Source of the DNA: the human T2T-CHM13v2.0 reference genome, Homo sapiens
DNA length: 64,000 bases
Reading direction: 5' to 3' (one strand)
NCBI RefSeq assembly: GCF_009914755.1
Contig: NC_060929.1
Both the position numbers and the translations under genes were made by a program. Positions 44,115-63,202 of the stretch are shown here, one piece after another; position 1 is the stretch's first letter; every line of letters begins with the position of its first letter. The notes beneath the pieces are model-generated. The model made no database searches. It had not been told where the DNA came from and saw only the letters and a list, made by a program, of their open reading frames with translations.

Positions 44115-46104
44115 ATATGCCAATCCCCTGCCTCATCCTTTCTCTTCCTCATAAACTGAGGAGTGGGATGGAAGGAGAATCACTGAAGTCTCAAGGTTGA
44201 TAGTAAGATCTTACATCCCTCTTTCCTCCAAAAGCAAAGTGTACGTGGAGAAGGTGAGGGTGCGGGTGGAGCTCAAAGAGATCAGGGATGCCAATGAGTA
44301 GGGGAAAACAGTATCTTGTTCCCAAGTGGATTATTGAAGAAGTGCAAAACATCCAGTCACCCATACCCTGAAAAATAAGTAATAAAATTCGTGGATGCCT
44401 CTGACACATGTCCCTGGAGTTGAAGGAAACATCTAAAGACCTAGAGACTAGTGACTGCTTCTCACTTGAAAATTGACCAAAGACAGCAGGTTTGCCAGAG
44501 CAGTCTGAGCCAAGGGTTGAGTAGAGAGCACACTACCCTGTACCTAAGAAAATAGCATGGGAGATGTCAACACCATCACCTAAGGGTCCCACAACCCTTG
44601 GAGGATGCCATAAATGACCTCAGAGATTCTGGAAAGGCTCCTAGATATTCTAGATAAGTACATTTCCATAAAGCTACCCAGGTGGTTTTCAGGTAAAGGA
44701 AATGAAGACCTGCTTGGAGAAGGGGTTTGAGGAATGGACTACTTAGCAGGGCTAAAGTGATACATGGCCACCTCTCTTTCTGTGAGTTCTTGTTAATGGA
44801 AGGGATTGGGTGTCATGCTACCCCTCTAAGGTAAACAAGCACATTATATACACTAAGACAACTTCACTGGTAGAGGACAGCTGCAGAGTTGGAACTAAAC
44901 CAAGGCAAAGTATGACCAATCAAATGTGATGCTGAGAAGAACTTTTGCTGCTGCCTCGAAATTGGCTCTCTTTAGAATGAATTAGGCTAATGTGTTGTCC
45001 AAAGAGTGGTATTCTAAAGATAACATCTAAAAAGAGGCACCTACATATGAGGTTAGACACTTCCTCTGTTTATTGAAGTGTGGTTATTGGGCTTGCCTAT
45101 CACCAGCTTGCACTCCAGTTTTCCACCTGCATGCCTTCCCAAGCTACACAAGAAGGCTGAAGAGAAGAGAGAAGGAGAGTCCTCTGTTTGTTGTGATATA
45201 TCACTTTTGCCATACTTAGATGCCATGCTTGGAGAGTGAGGGGAAAACTCCAGAAGAGTTACTCATTGACAGAGTGATGATAGGAAGTGAAAAATGACAT
45301 TCTACCCTTGATTGGACATCTGCTTAGGCAGCAGACTTACTAACCTAGCACTGAGTTTGTGTGATCAGAGAAGATGAGTATTGGAAACAAATGACAGAGA
45401 ATAACACAGAATTATTCTGTATATATTCCTTTTGCAAAAATGACAAGAATTCATGAGTTTTCCGGAGCTTAACTGGAGTCTGTAGAAGATGCCTGGGATT
45501 TTGTCTTTCTGCTGGCACCTCACATGAGTCCTGCCCATTGAGCAAGGGGTCCCCAACAGCAATAGGCTGAGCAATCAACTGGGGTAGGGCTGAGGGACAA
45601 AGGAAGAAATCACCTAAAGCTGGATTCCTAAGGCCAGGGAACTACACAGTGGAGAGACACTATAGGATCCTCCATAGAAATTATATATGTACCCCCATAA
45701 AACAGCCAGTATTTAGAAGCCTAACATGCAGAGATCAGGCACAGCAGAGAGCTACAATATCAGCCTTTGAGTACAAAGACATTTGTCTCCTTTCTCTCCT
45801 TGCCTTTGGCCCCAACCCACACGAGGAGCTGGGCCTTGGAAAGGCAGGAAGCTATCTCCAAGCAGGAGCACCCACCTTTTCCAACACATCCCACCTACTC
45901 ATGCTGTCAGTGCTCCAGACTGTCCCTGCTCTAGGGGGAAAAGAGAAGAGATTTAAGTAAAGGTTCAGATTGGTCCAGACTTACTAATGTGAAGTTATAG
46001 AATCTGACCCAGAGATTTGACAAAGCAGTTGAAAACAGAGAGTGAAGAAAAATAAAACTTTTGTATTATGTAGCCCATAGAGTTAGTCTCTTCAATATTC
46101 TTTT

Positions 46105-46748
46105 AAAAAAATAAATAAACTTTATTTATTAAAGCAGTTTTGGCCGGGTACAGTGGCTGATGCCCGTAATCCCAGCACTTTGGGAGGCTGAGGTGGGCAG
46201 ATCACGAGGTCAGGAGTTCGAGACCAGCCTGACCAATATGGTGAAACTCCATCTCTACTAAAAATAAAAATAAAAAAATTAGCCAGGCATGGTAGCACGC
46301 ACCTGTAATCCCAGTTACTCAGAAGGCTGAGTCACAAGAATTGCTTGAATGTGGGAGGCAGAGGTTGCAGTGAGCCAACACCGTGCCAATGCACCACTCC
46401 AGCATGGTGACAGGGCAAGACTCTGTCTCAAAAAAAAAAAAAAAAAAAAAAAGCAGTTTTAAGTTCATAGCAAAATTGAGTGAAAGCTACAAAGGGTTCC
46501 CATATACCCCTCCCCTCACACACAGTCTCCCCTGCTCTGAACATCCCACGCCAGAGAGGCACACGTGTTACAACTGATGAACCTACGTTGACATGTCACT
46601 AACACCCAAAGTCCATAGTTTACATTAGGATTCATTATTGGCAGTTTAAATTCTATGGGTTTTGACAAATGTATAACATGTGTCCACCTTTAGAGTATCA
46701 TACAGAATAGTTTCACTATCCTAAAAATTCCCCATGCTCCACCTATCA
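46105..46748 (-). mobile_element. L1MC1/2-like 3' end split by an Alu
   Basis: 'gcagttttaagttcatagcaaaattgagtgaaag...gatgaacctacgttgaca...cccaaagtccatagtttacattagg'. Confidence 0.8.
46142..46450 (+). mobile_element. AluS (Sg-like)
   Basis: Full dimer with 'gatcacgaggtcaggagttcgagacc'; TSD aaagcagtttt at 46131-46141 and 46450-46460. Confidence 0.95.
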
Positions 46749-47758
46749 ATATAACTTTTATGTGTGTATTTTATCTGAAATTCTATTCAGCTCATTCAAG
46801 ATTTTCATGTTCTAATCTCTCCATCTTGATGAAAATCACCCTCTGTAAGAATATCCTTGGCATTTGGTATTTTATGAAGAAGTGGTATTTTGTTATTATT
46901 TGCATGGTTGTTTATTCAATTTACTCACTTTAATGTTCCTGCTTCTAGGGTATTCAGGTCTGCATGAATGGAGTCTACCAATATGACCAATCCAATGAAA
47001 AAAAATCAGAAATGATTTCAAAACCTTTTCACTGAGGCATATATTTACAACTCTGATGTGATCTCTCCCCAGAAGAGGTTGAAATTGTCATCATTTTACA
47101 AATGAAGCAAAGAAAATAAACATGTCCTGACTGTTTAAGGCTAGCGGAAAAGGTAAAATTAAGTAAATATACATATTTCTTGCTTAACATAAGTAATTCA
47201 TGCCTTGAGAAGAAAAGTCTGCCTAAGAACGCTGATCAGGAGACTATTTTATTTTAAATGGAAAAAAAAGTCATTCACTATACTTTAATACAAAGCTCGT
47301 TACCAATTTCCTAAATGTACTAAAATACATTGCCTACATACATAAGTAACAAATTATCATGTTAGGATATAACATACTTAAAACATTGCTTTCTGACCAC
47401 CAAATAATTAATATTGTTGCTAACATAGAGTTACCGGTGTGCAGTAATTCATTGTGCTTTCTAAGTGCTTCTATACAGGATTGTGAGGTGCTAATAATTG
47501 AATCTAGAATAAAACTTGAGACCATTCCAAGATACCGCTTACTTTAAAATGTTGTACTAAGTGTTTGGTTCATAAATATAATTTTTTCATATATACAAAC
47601 ATGGTCTGAAAATACGTTGTTAAGAAATTTATAAGTTGTGTGAATTTTGGTTATCAAAAACAATGAGGTATTATACTGGGAAATATGCCAAGAGATAGTA
47701 TGCCTGAATGCCCTTTGAAAGCCAAGTCCAAAATAGCTATTGAAAACTGGCAGGGTGA

Positions 47759-48781
47759 GGTGGAGCCAAGATGGCCGAATAGGAACAGCTCCAGTCTACA
47801 GCTCCCAGCGTGAGCGACGCAGAAAATGGGTGATTTATGTATTTCCAACTGAGGTACCGGGTTCATCTCACTCGGGAGTGCCAAACAGTGGGTGCAGGAC
47901 AGTGGGTGCAGTGCACCGTGCATGAGCCAAAGCAGGACGAGGCATCACCTCACCCGGGAACACAAGGAGTCAGGGAATGCCCTTTCCTAGTCAAAGAAAG
48001 GGGTGACAGACGGCACCTGGAAAATCGGGTCACTCCTACCTGAATACTGTGCTTTTCCAATGGGCTTATCAAATGGCACACCAGAAGATTATATCCCGCA
48101 CATGGCTCAGAGGATCCTACGCCCACAGAGCCTCGCTCATTGCTAGCACAGCAGTCTGAGATCAAACTGCAAGGTGGCAGCGAGGCTGGAGGAGGGGCGC
48201 CTGCCATTGCTCAGGCTTGAGTAGGTAAACAAAGAGGCTGGAAATCTCAAACTGGGTGGAGCCCACCACAGCTCAATGAGGCCTGCCTGCCTCTGCAGGC
48301 TCCACCTCTGGGGGCAGGGCACAGACAAACAAAAGACAGCAATAACCTCTGCAGACTTAAATGTCCCTGTCTGACGGCTTTGAAGAGAGTAGTGGTTCTC
48401 CCAGCACGCAGCTTGAGATCTGAGAACGGGCAGACTGCATCCTCAAGTGGGTCCCTGATCCCTGAGTAGCCTAACTGGGAGGCACCCCCAGTAGGGGTGG
48501 ACTGACACCTCACATGGCCGGGTACTCCTCTGAGACAAAACTTCCAGAGGAACGATCAAGCAGCAGCATTTGCGGTTCACCAGTATCCGCTGTTCTGCAG
48601 CCACCGCTGCTGATACCCAGGCAAACAGGGTCTGGAGTGGACCTCCAGTAAACTCCAACAGACCTGCAGCTGAGGGTCCTGACTCTTAGAAGGAAAACTA
48701 ACGAACAGAAAGGACATCCACACCAAAAACCCATCTGTACATCACCATCATCAAAGACCAAAGGTAGATAAAACCACAAAG
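47759..48781 (+). promoter_or_regulatory. L1 5'UTR internal sense/antisense promoter
   Basis: YY1 motif aagatggcc at 47768-47776; SOX-type aaacaaa sites near 48227 and 48326; residual CpGs. Confidence 0.7.
47950..48207 (-). CDS. L1 ORF0 homologue, open for 85 aa (expression unknown)
   Basis: Translation MAGAPPPASLPPCSLISDCCASN... matches the primate L1 ORF0 N-terminus; ATG context gcaATGG. Confidence 0.7.
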   Translation of the reverse strand: MAGAPPPASLPPCSLISDCCASNERGSVGVGSSEPCAGYNLLVCHLISPLEKHSIQVGVTRFSRCRLSPLSLTRKGHSLTPCVPG

Positions 48782-49797
48782 ATGGCGAAAAAACAGAGCA
48801 AAAAAACCGGAAACTCTAAAACTCAGAGCGCCTCTCCTCCTCCAAAGGAACGCAGCTCTTCACCAGCAACGGAACAAAGCTGGACGGAGAATGACTTTGA
48901 CGAGTTGAGGGAGGAAGGCTTCAGACGATCAAACTACTCCAAGCTAAAGGAAGAAATTCGAACCAATGGCAAAGAAGTTAAAAACTTTGAAAAAAAAATT
49001 AGATGAATGGATAACTAGAAAAACCAATGCAGAGAAGTCCTTAAAGGACCTGATGGAGCTGAAAACCATGGCATGAGAAGCACGTGATGAATGCACAAGC
49101 CTCAGTAACCAATGCGATCAACTGGAAGAAATGGTATCAGCGCTGGAAGATGAAATGAATGAAATGAAGCATGAAGAGAAGTTTAGAGAAAAAAGAATAA
49201 AAAGAAAGGAACAAAGCCTTCAAGAAATATGGGACTGTGAAAAGACCAAATCTACGTCTAACTGGTGTACCTGAAAGTGACGGGGAGAATGGAACCAAGT
49301 TGGAAAACACTCTGCAGGATACTATCCAGGAGAATTTCCGCAATCTAGCAAGGCAGGCCAAAATTCAAATTCAGGAAATACAGACAACGCCACAAAGATA
49401 CTCCTCGAGAAGAGCAACTCCAAGACACATAATTGGCAGATTCACCAAAGTTGAAATGAAGGAAAAAATGTTAAGGGCAGCCAGAGAGAAATGTTGGGTT
49501 ACCCACAAAGGGAAACCCATCAGACTAACAGCTGATCTCTCAGCAGAAACTCTACAGGCCAGAAGAGAGTGGGGGCCAATATTCAACATTCTTAAAGAAA
49601 AGAATTTTAAACCCAGAATTTCATATCCAGCCAAACGAAGCTTCATAAGTGAAGGAGAAATAAACGACTTTACAGACAAGCAAATGCTGAGAGATTTTGT
49701 CACCACCAGGCCTGCCCTAAAAGAGCTCCTGAAGGAAGCACTAAACATGGAAAGGAACAACCGGTACCAGCCACTGCAAAAACATGCCAAATTGTAA
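48782..49797 (+). pseudogene. L1 ORF1p remnant
   Basis: MAKKQSKKTGNSKTQSASPPPKERSSSP and KRPNLRL...YQPLQKHAKL lie in separate pieces; frameshift in the A-run near 48990-49000 and a further lesion near 49237. Confidence 0.93.
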
Positions 49798-49845
49798 AGA
49801 GCATCAAGGGTAGGAAGAAACTGCATCAACTAACGAGCAAAATAA

Positions 49846-53681
<3,836 letters not shown>

Positions 53682-54644
53682 ACAATGAGAATACATGGAC
53701 ACAGGAAGGGGAACATCACACACTGGGGACTGTTGTGGGGTTGGGGGAGGGGGGAGGGATAGCATTAGGAGATATACCTAATGCTAAATGAGGAGTAAAT
53801 GGGTGCATCACACCAACATGGTACATGTATACATATGTAACAAACCTGCATGTTGTGCACATGTACCCTAAAACTGAAAGTATAATAATTAAAAAAAAAA
53901 AAGAAAAGAAAACTGGCAGGGTGAAAGATAAACTATTAGGAGGCATTACCAAGGAGAGAACAATTAGATAAATTACAGTACATTTTGGATTTCTAATTAA
54001 AATGGAATTCCAAAGGAACATATCATTCAGTGCACACAGTTTTTGGGATCACTTCTATCAAGTATGGAAAAGTGTATTTGTTTTGAAGGGCTTCAAGGAA
54101 AGTAAATTATCAGCTTCCCTGCCTCCAGTTCATGTCACGTCAGAAAAGTAAAAGATCAGATGACAGTTGTTTCAGAGCTGAGACAGAAGAGGAGTTTCAA
54201 TGAGTTTCTTGGACTTGGTCATTGTATTTGGCTATGTAGAGAATGTGCTTTTGAAGCAGGTCCCTTTGCTTAGAAACTACATACTGAAGCCTTTATAGAT
54301 GAAATGTTGTGATGTACAAATAGTTCACTGCAGAAAGAGAGACAGAGAGGAGAGAAAGGGATACGGCAAATGTGGCAAACTAATAATTGCTGAAATTATA
54401 TGAGTTTATGGGTTGTCAATGTATTACTTTTGAACTTTTGAGGATAATAACAAAGAATCAATACTTTTTGGTTAATATTTTGCTATTTTATTACATATAT
54501 AAGGCATATTTAGTGTAAATATTAGGAAATACAAAAAAAAACTAGAAAATAATCACTTATAACACATATAATTTAACCCAAATGGACTCTTTGTCAATCA
54601 TTTGTTTATATCACTCCAGATTTTTAAAATAAATATTTTTTAAG

Positions 54645-55773
54645 TAATAAAAATTGTATTTACTTAGAAGTATTCAGAATGTCAACAAACAGCTGAAACT
54701 ATTTTTTTTTTTTGCAATTACAGAGTGGTATTCAGCTAACAGAACAATTATTTCATAAAAGCTGCATGACAGATAACTGCAGATGAAAAAACTACCATCC
54801 GTATACACAATTAATTTGTGTTGTGCACCAAAAAGAACCTGCTTTAAATATCCATGCCAATTTACAACCCCCATACTGTACCAAGCAAGGTTAGTGGCTA
54901 TGGCAAACACCACCAGGACAGTACTATCTAAAGACACATTTGGTAGTGTGGTTAACTATACAAAAAAAAAAAAAAGGACACTGTACAGTTTAAGAACAAA
55001 TCATATGTAGCCTTACTTCTTTCTTTAAAAGGAGTGAGTTGTGTATAAGGGGTTTAAATGCTTTATAGACCAAAAAAAAAAAAAAAAACTGTACTACAAC
55101 CAACTTAGTTATCATCATCATCTTTATTTTCATCCTCCTCATCTCCCTCCTCTTTCTTCTTTTTCTTGCATTTTTCAGCCTTGACAACTCCCTTTTTTGC
55201 TGCATCAGGCTTTTCTTTAGCTCACTATGCAGCAATATCCTTTTTGTCTTTTTCCTTCAGCTTCAAAGACTTTTCATAAGGCAGCTTGTCATCTGCAGCA
55301 GCGTTATTCCACATCTCCCTGTTTCTTTGCTACATCACCAATGGATGTTCTTTGATTTTTGCGTGATGCTTAGAGCAGAACAGGAAAAAAGTCAAAGGAG
55401 GAATCTTGGGTGCGTTGGGCTCCTAGACTTGTTTCTCCTTTACAGGGGACATAGGTTTCATTCGTCTTTCTTAACAAGCCTAGTCCACCTTTGCTATGTC
55501 TTCAAATTTTCCTTTCTCTTTAGCAGACGTGGTCTTCCACCTCTCTGAGTTCTTCTGAGAAGCTTACAGAAGCATCTGGGTGCTCTTTTTGTGCTCTTCC
55601 TAACACTTTTGCACAAAGAATCCGTATGATGACATTTTGCCTCACAGCATCTTAGGCTCTCCTTTGCCCATGTTTACTTATTTTTTCTCAGCAAGGCAAA
55701 GAGTAGTCCAGTGCCCATCTGGCTCTCACCTGCCCTGGTGCCGTCTCTAGGGAACTCAATGTATTGCAGTGGC
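54645..55773 (-). pseudogene. HMGB1P: HMGB1 processed pseudogene (5'UTR, disrupted CDS 55671-55105, proximal 3'UTR)
   Basis: Minus strand reads MGKGEPKML*GKMSSYGFFVQKC*EEHKK, against HMGB1 [29 protein letters not shown]. Acidic-tail codons precede TAA. HMGB1-type 5'UTR ('aaaaataagtaaacATG') and 3'UTR ('taagttggttgtag...tctataaagcatttaa') are present, with no introns. Confidence 0.95.
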
Positions 55774-55779
55774 TATCTA

Positions 55780-57016
<1,237 letters not shown>

Positions 57017-57575
57017 AGCAGTTTCATACATATTTAAGTCTGTTTCTGGATTTTTTATTTTGTTCCACTGATCTATTTCCTGTGCCACCGCTTCCTCTTC
57101 CTATTATGATATCCATATGACTTACTTCTTCAGGTTTTCAACTTGCCTTAGATCAATTTTGGTCATTTATATTTTCTCAGGAAATTATTCATTTAATTCA
57201 AGAATTTTACGTGTATTGTCCATGAAAGCATAACCATGACATTTCTTCTGTGTCTACGGTTTCCCTTATATTACATAGTTTTTTCTCTCCCTCTCCCCTT
57301 AATTCCTGGTCAAAGGTGTGGTTTCATTATCAAGCCTTTAAAAATTCTTAGATTTACTCCTTACATCTACCTTTTTCCTCTTTTCTAATTAATTATATTC
57401 ATCTTTTTTTTCAGTATTCCTATTTACTATTTACTCTCACTATTTACCTTTTCTCTCTATTTATACCTCTCGTTGTTCTTGGGCTTAATTGGGTGTTGCT
57501 GTTTTTTGTTTTTATTTTGTGAATCAATGTCTAGTATATTTATTTTCATTCTTGTTTAATCATAAGTGTCCTTGA

Positions 57576-57882
<307 letters not shown>

Positions 57883-58275
57883 AATACTATGAATTTTTTT
57901 GAGTAGCAACTTGGCTAGATCCCAGGACTTTTATGAGTAGTGTTTCATGTTTTTTTCTAGGTAGTCTTCAATTTCAATTCTGATCAGCCCTTTTACTGGA
58001 GAGTTGCTCAGGAAAGCACCTGGCTTGTACTAGGGGAGGGATGTCAACTTCTCGGAGAGTATATGGGAATTTCCTTGTAGTCTTTTGCATGATTTATTTT
58101 TATAAATGCTTCGTAAGGGTTAAAAGAAAAAATTGTATTCCTTATTTGTTGGATATAAGGTTTTAATTATTGCTTAAAATCACTAATTATACCATTTAGT
58201 CTTCTATTTCTTTATTCTTTATTTTCCTCTTAAAGACAAAGAGTCTTTATTAAAGTCTATATTAAAGTTTTCTCA

Positions 58276-58589
<314 letters not shown>

Positions 58590-59015
58590 TCATACTATTA
58601 TGTTTCTCTCACTTTAATAAGAGGGACTAAATTTCTAGGAGTAAAAACAACAAGAGTAAAAAATAAAGTGCTAGAGAAAATTGTGGGAAAGTATTTTTAT
58701 GATTTTAGTGAAGAAAATGTCTTTATAATCAAGACAAAAAGTCTAGAGACCATTTTAAAAGATTAGCATATTTGAATACAGGACTTAAAAAACTTTTATG
58801 GTGAAAGACACTATAAACAAAATATTTTAAAATAGTAAATATCTGCAACACATAAGTCTGTATTTCCAAGCTAACGTATCTTCTCTTGTTTTCTGAATAT
58901 TCAAAAGTAACATATAAAATACCTTAAAAAGGTTATAAAAGTAAATATCAGAATTTTAAACTTTATTCGTCACCTTTCACTCTCATTTATGAGTAGATAA
59001 TCTATGTGGCACTGA

Positions 59016-59381
<366 letters not shown>

Positions 59382-60234
59382 GTCTATTTCTTTCTGTGGC
59401 CTTCCATTCCTTACATAATGTCCCCTGCAACTCTTTCCACAACTCACTGCAGTAATGATTAGTGTCTAATGCAAAGGGAACAACAACAAAAAAGGGCATA
59501 AATAGGCTTGTGAGGTAGCCCAGCATGAGAACTCTTCCCAGTAAATACTTCTTATACCCGTTAGTGACTACTCAACCTGAGAGGACTGCTCAAATCCCCC
59601 CTCTTAGGGTATTAAAACACAAGACATGAGAGAGAGCCACCAACGAGAGAGAAGCAAAAGACAAGAGCCACATAGAGAAAGTCAGTAAGCAGAAACCATG
59701 AGGCTACAGAAGCCATTAATCAAAAGAAACCATGAGTTAAGGAGGCGAGTAAAAAGAGACAGAAATGACAGAAGGAAGAATAACATGCTACCGCTGCATT
59801 AAAAGAAGAGAGAGAGAAACTCAGTAATGAATAGAACAAAATAAATAAAGTAGAAGGCATGTCCTCTGAGATGTCAAGAGTTGGTTCTTCAGGCAAGGGT
59901 GAGTCAGGGTGTACATCTTTGTTGTCTGACCTTTCAGTTTAGGACTTGATCTTATGTTTCCAGTCTTTCAGGTACCTGCTACAATAAATTGCTAATTCGA
60001 GATATCCTAAGCTATTTACCTGTCCTTGTCATCAGAAGGATCCTAACAAACACAATTCCTTGGTATCATTGCAACTGGTGCCGTTCTAATTTTATAGTAC
60101 ATTTTCAAAGAATTACATGAGCCTGTTGAGTATCTCTATTCCATAGCCATACTCTTCCTCCCACTGAATATGCCATATAATTGATGACTTCCAGAAGTGT
60201 TGACATTTCCTGCAATCATCAGTATAAATACTTT

Positions 60235-60480
60235 ATTAATAATTTGTATTTATAGAACATCTGTCTCCCAAAGAGCTCAAAGCTGTTTACAAACATCATC
60301 TCATTAATCCTGACAGCAACCCTTTTCTTTGTAAGGTAGAAATATGTAACAGCTAATGGGTACTGTCATCTTCATTTGAATCATGGGAAAACTTTACAAG
60401 GTCAAACAGTATTGTGGGAGATAGTACAGAAACATAATTGAGAGTTTCTGCCTCTTTGTTCTTTATGTTCTCCCCTAGAA
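60235..60480 (-). mobile_element. MIR3/MIR fragment
   Basis: 'tttacaaacatcatctcattaatcctgacagcaaccct...caaggtcaaacag'. Confidence 0.5.
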
Positions 60481-61197
60481 ACTTTCATTTCATATCACAT
60501 ACATATTCATTGGTATGCACCAGAATAAATTGTTAATATAACTTCCTCTCCTGAGGGTAAAAAATCCCACAAGCCCAAGTGTGATAACTTAGTGGACTTT
60601 GACTTAACTTTTCCAGAGGTTATCACGACAGGCAGAGCCATGAAGTATGATTAAATTCTAGGACTAGACAGCATTTTTACTGGCGTTTTTAATCCAGTAA
60701 AGGCATTGCTGTTTGGCATCTGAATGTGCTCCCTCTCCATACTGGAAATAGAAGGAACAACTTCAAGATGAAAAAAGTGAAAGTAATAAGTATTTTCAAG
60801 AAGGATGAAAGCAATGGCATTTGACTAATGTTATATCCTATACTGAATGGTTGCTAAATGCTAGGCTTGTACATACATGATGTTGTTGCAATCCTATGAA
60901 GCCTACCTTGTTATCTTTATTGAAGCTCAATACAGTTAAATAAATGGTGAAGCTGAGTTCTTCAGCCCGATCTCCCAACTTCTCTTATTTGTGCTTTAAC
61001 CTAACACCATACAACTACTACAAGTAACAGTGATAATTGCTGCTACTGCTCTTGTTGTTTAGAGTTGTGCTATCTGAAACTCACAGAGCAAGCTGAATAT
61101 AGCATGGTATAGCTACTACAGCTTATGCTTTTCTTCAAGTACAGAAAAACCTAAGGAAGGTCATTAAACTTTATTTCTCTTAGAAATAAAATATCGT

Positions 61198-61500
<303 letters not shown>

Positions 61501-61534
61501 TAAAATATTGCTAATAAAGTGGAAGTTGTCACCT

Positions 61535-62720
61535 TCCATTATCATCTCTTTTCTCTCCCTCTCTTCCCCAAATTAACCACTATCCTGAAAGTGGTATGCA
61601 TTCTTCACAGCAATGTTTTCATATTTTTACTATGCACGTAGATATCTATAAAATATAGTATCATTTTATGTATTCACTCAATTTACACAAATTGTATCTA
61701 ATGAATCCTTTTGTGACCTGCTTTTTTGAACCAACCTTTTTGTATTCTGGTAAAATATACGTAAGATGTACAATTTCATGATTTTAAGTGTACAGCTCAA
61801 TTCTGTATCCATCAAACAATAGCCTCTCATTCTCCTTTACTCTTCCAGACCTTAAAAACCATTGTACTGTCTGTCTTTATGAATTTGATTCCTCTAGATA
61901 CTTTATATAATGGAATCAAACAGTAGTTGTCCTTTTATGGTTGGCTTGTTTCATTTAGCATAATGCCTTCAAGTTTCATCCATATTATAGCATATGTCAG
62001 AATTTCCTTTCTTGTTAAGGCTGAGTAATACTCCATTGCATGTATATACCACAATTATGTTCATCCATTCATTGTCAATGGACACTTCGGTTGCTTTCAC
62101 CTTTTGGCTATTGTGAATAATGCTGCTATGAACATTGGTGTACAAATATTTGTTTCAGTCCCTGCTTTTAATTCTTTTAGAAATATACCCGGAAGCAGAA
62201 TTGCTTGATTATATGGTAATTCTGTTTTTTTTTTTTTTTTTTTTTTGAGGAACTACCATACTGTTTTTCATCACAACTTACAATTTTACATTCCTACCCG
62301 CAATGTACAAGCGTTCAAACTTCTCTACAGCTTTGCAAATATTTTCAGCTTTGCTTTTGAGATTTATCCATAACAATACAGGTAAATCTTTTACCTGCTG
62401 TCCAATATTTTATCTTGAATATACCATATTTTATTATCCATTCCCTGAAGGCAGTATTTAGCTTATTTCTTCCTTGTTACTGTTACAATTGATGCCACAA
62501 TGAACATTCCTTTATATCTTTTTGTGCACAGATATAAAAGTTTCTCTGGGCTACATACCTAGAAGTGAAATTTCTGAGTCACAGGGCATGTGTAATTCAA
62601 ACCTTAATATTTATTGCCACTTTTTTTCACAGGGCTAATTCCCAAATTACACTCCCACCAGCAGAATATGAGAGTTCCTGTTACTCCACACCCTTGACAA
62701 CAATTGCTAATGTCATAATT
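61535..62720 (-). mobile_element. L1ME 3' fragment with a nested L1MB 3' fragment (about 61735-62340)
   Basis: 'ttcatttagcataatgccttcaagtttcatccat...ggctattgtgaataatgctgctatgaacatt', then a second, more diverged run of the same L1 region at 62420-62720. Confidence 0.75.
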
Positions 62721-63202
62721 TGCATAGAATTTCTCTGTAGTTTTATATAAAGAGCAAGAGGACTTCTGCATCTGCTCAGTCTACAAGTTTACAATATTAT
62801 TTCTCTGTTGGTGTGTTTTTGCTTTTATCTCTTTTCTGGCCTGCCTCTATTGCCCTCATCTCTATTTCCCTCTTCTCCTTTTGATACATACTTTTTCATG
62901 ACCGTTAATCTTAATCTTGAAATTTTTCCCACTTGTGAAACTCTCCAAAACTGAGCCAACAATCACCTTCTTCACAAGAACTATAAAGTGAAATGACTTA
63001 AAGTCCTCAGGGAATTTTCTAAGTGGTTAGCTAGTATCTACATGTGTCCTAACCAGCAGAGTCAGCTGCTAAGCCATTCTTTGGCTAACTTCTGGGGAAA
63101 AGTTTGGGGGAATGAATGCATGAACTTCATTCATTCCCCCAAAGGGGAGTAGAAAAGGAGTGCCCAGCTATGACTGGCAGTATCACTTTATCTACAAATT
63201 CA

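Noticed and set aside
44150-46100. Possible ancient LTR/Gypsy-like remnants or exons
   Set aside because: GA-rich with LTR-like ends, but I cannot assign a family, splice structure or protein similarity by eye.
49371-49829. 152-aa antisense ORF and other minus-strand ORFs within the L1
   Set aside because: Generic antisense frames of L1 sequence with no independent support.
53726-53758. G-quadruplex-like G-tracts
   Set aside because: Standard feature of L1PA 3'UTRs, not specific to this locus.
54674-55548. ORFs of 73-87 aa over the HMGB1 copy
   Set aside because: Off-frame, antisense or UTR translations; the true HMGB1 frame has a stop at codon 10.
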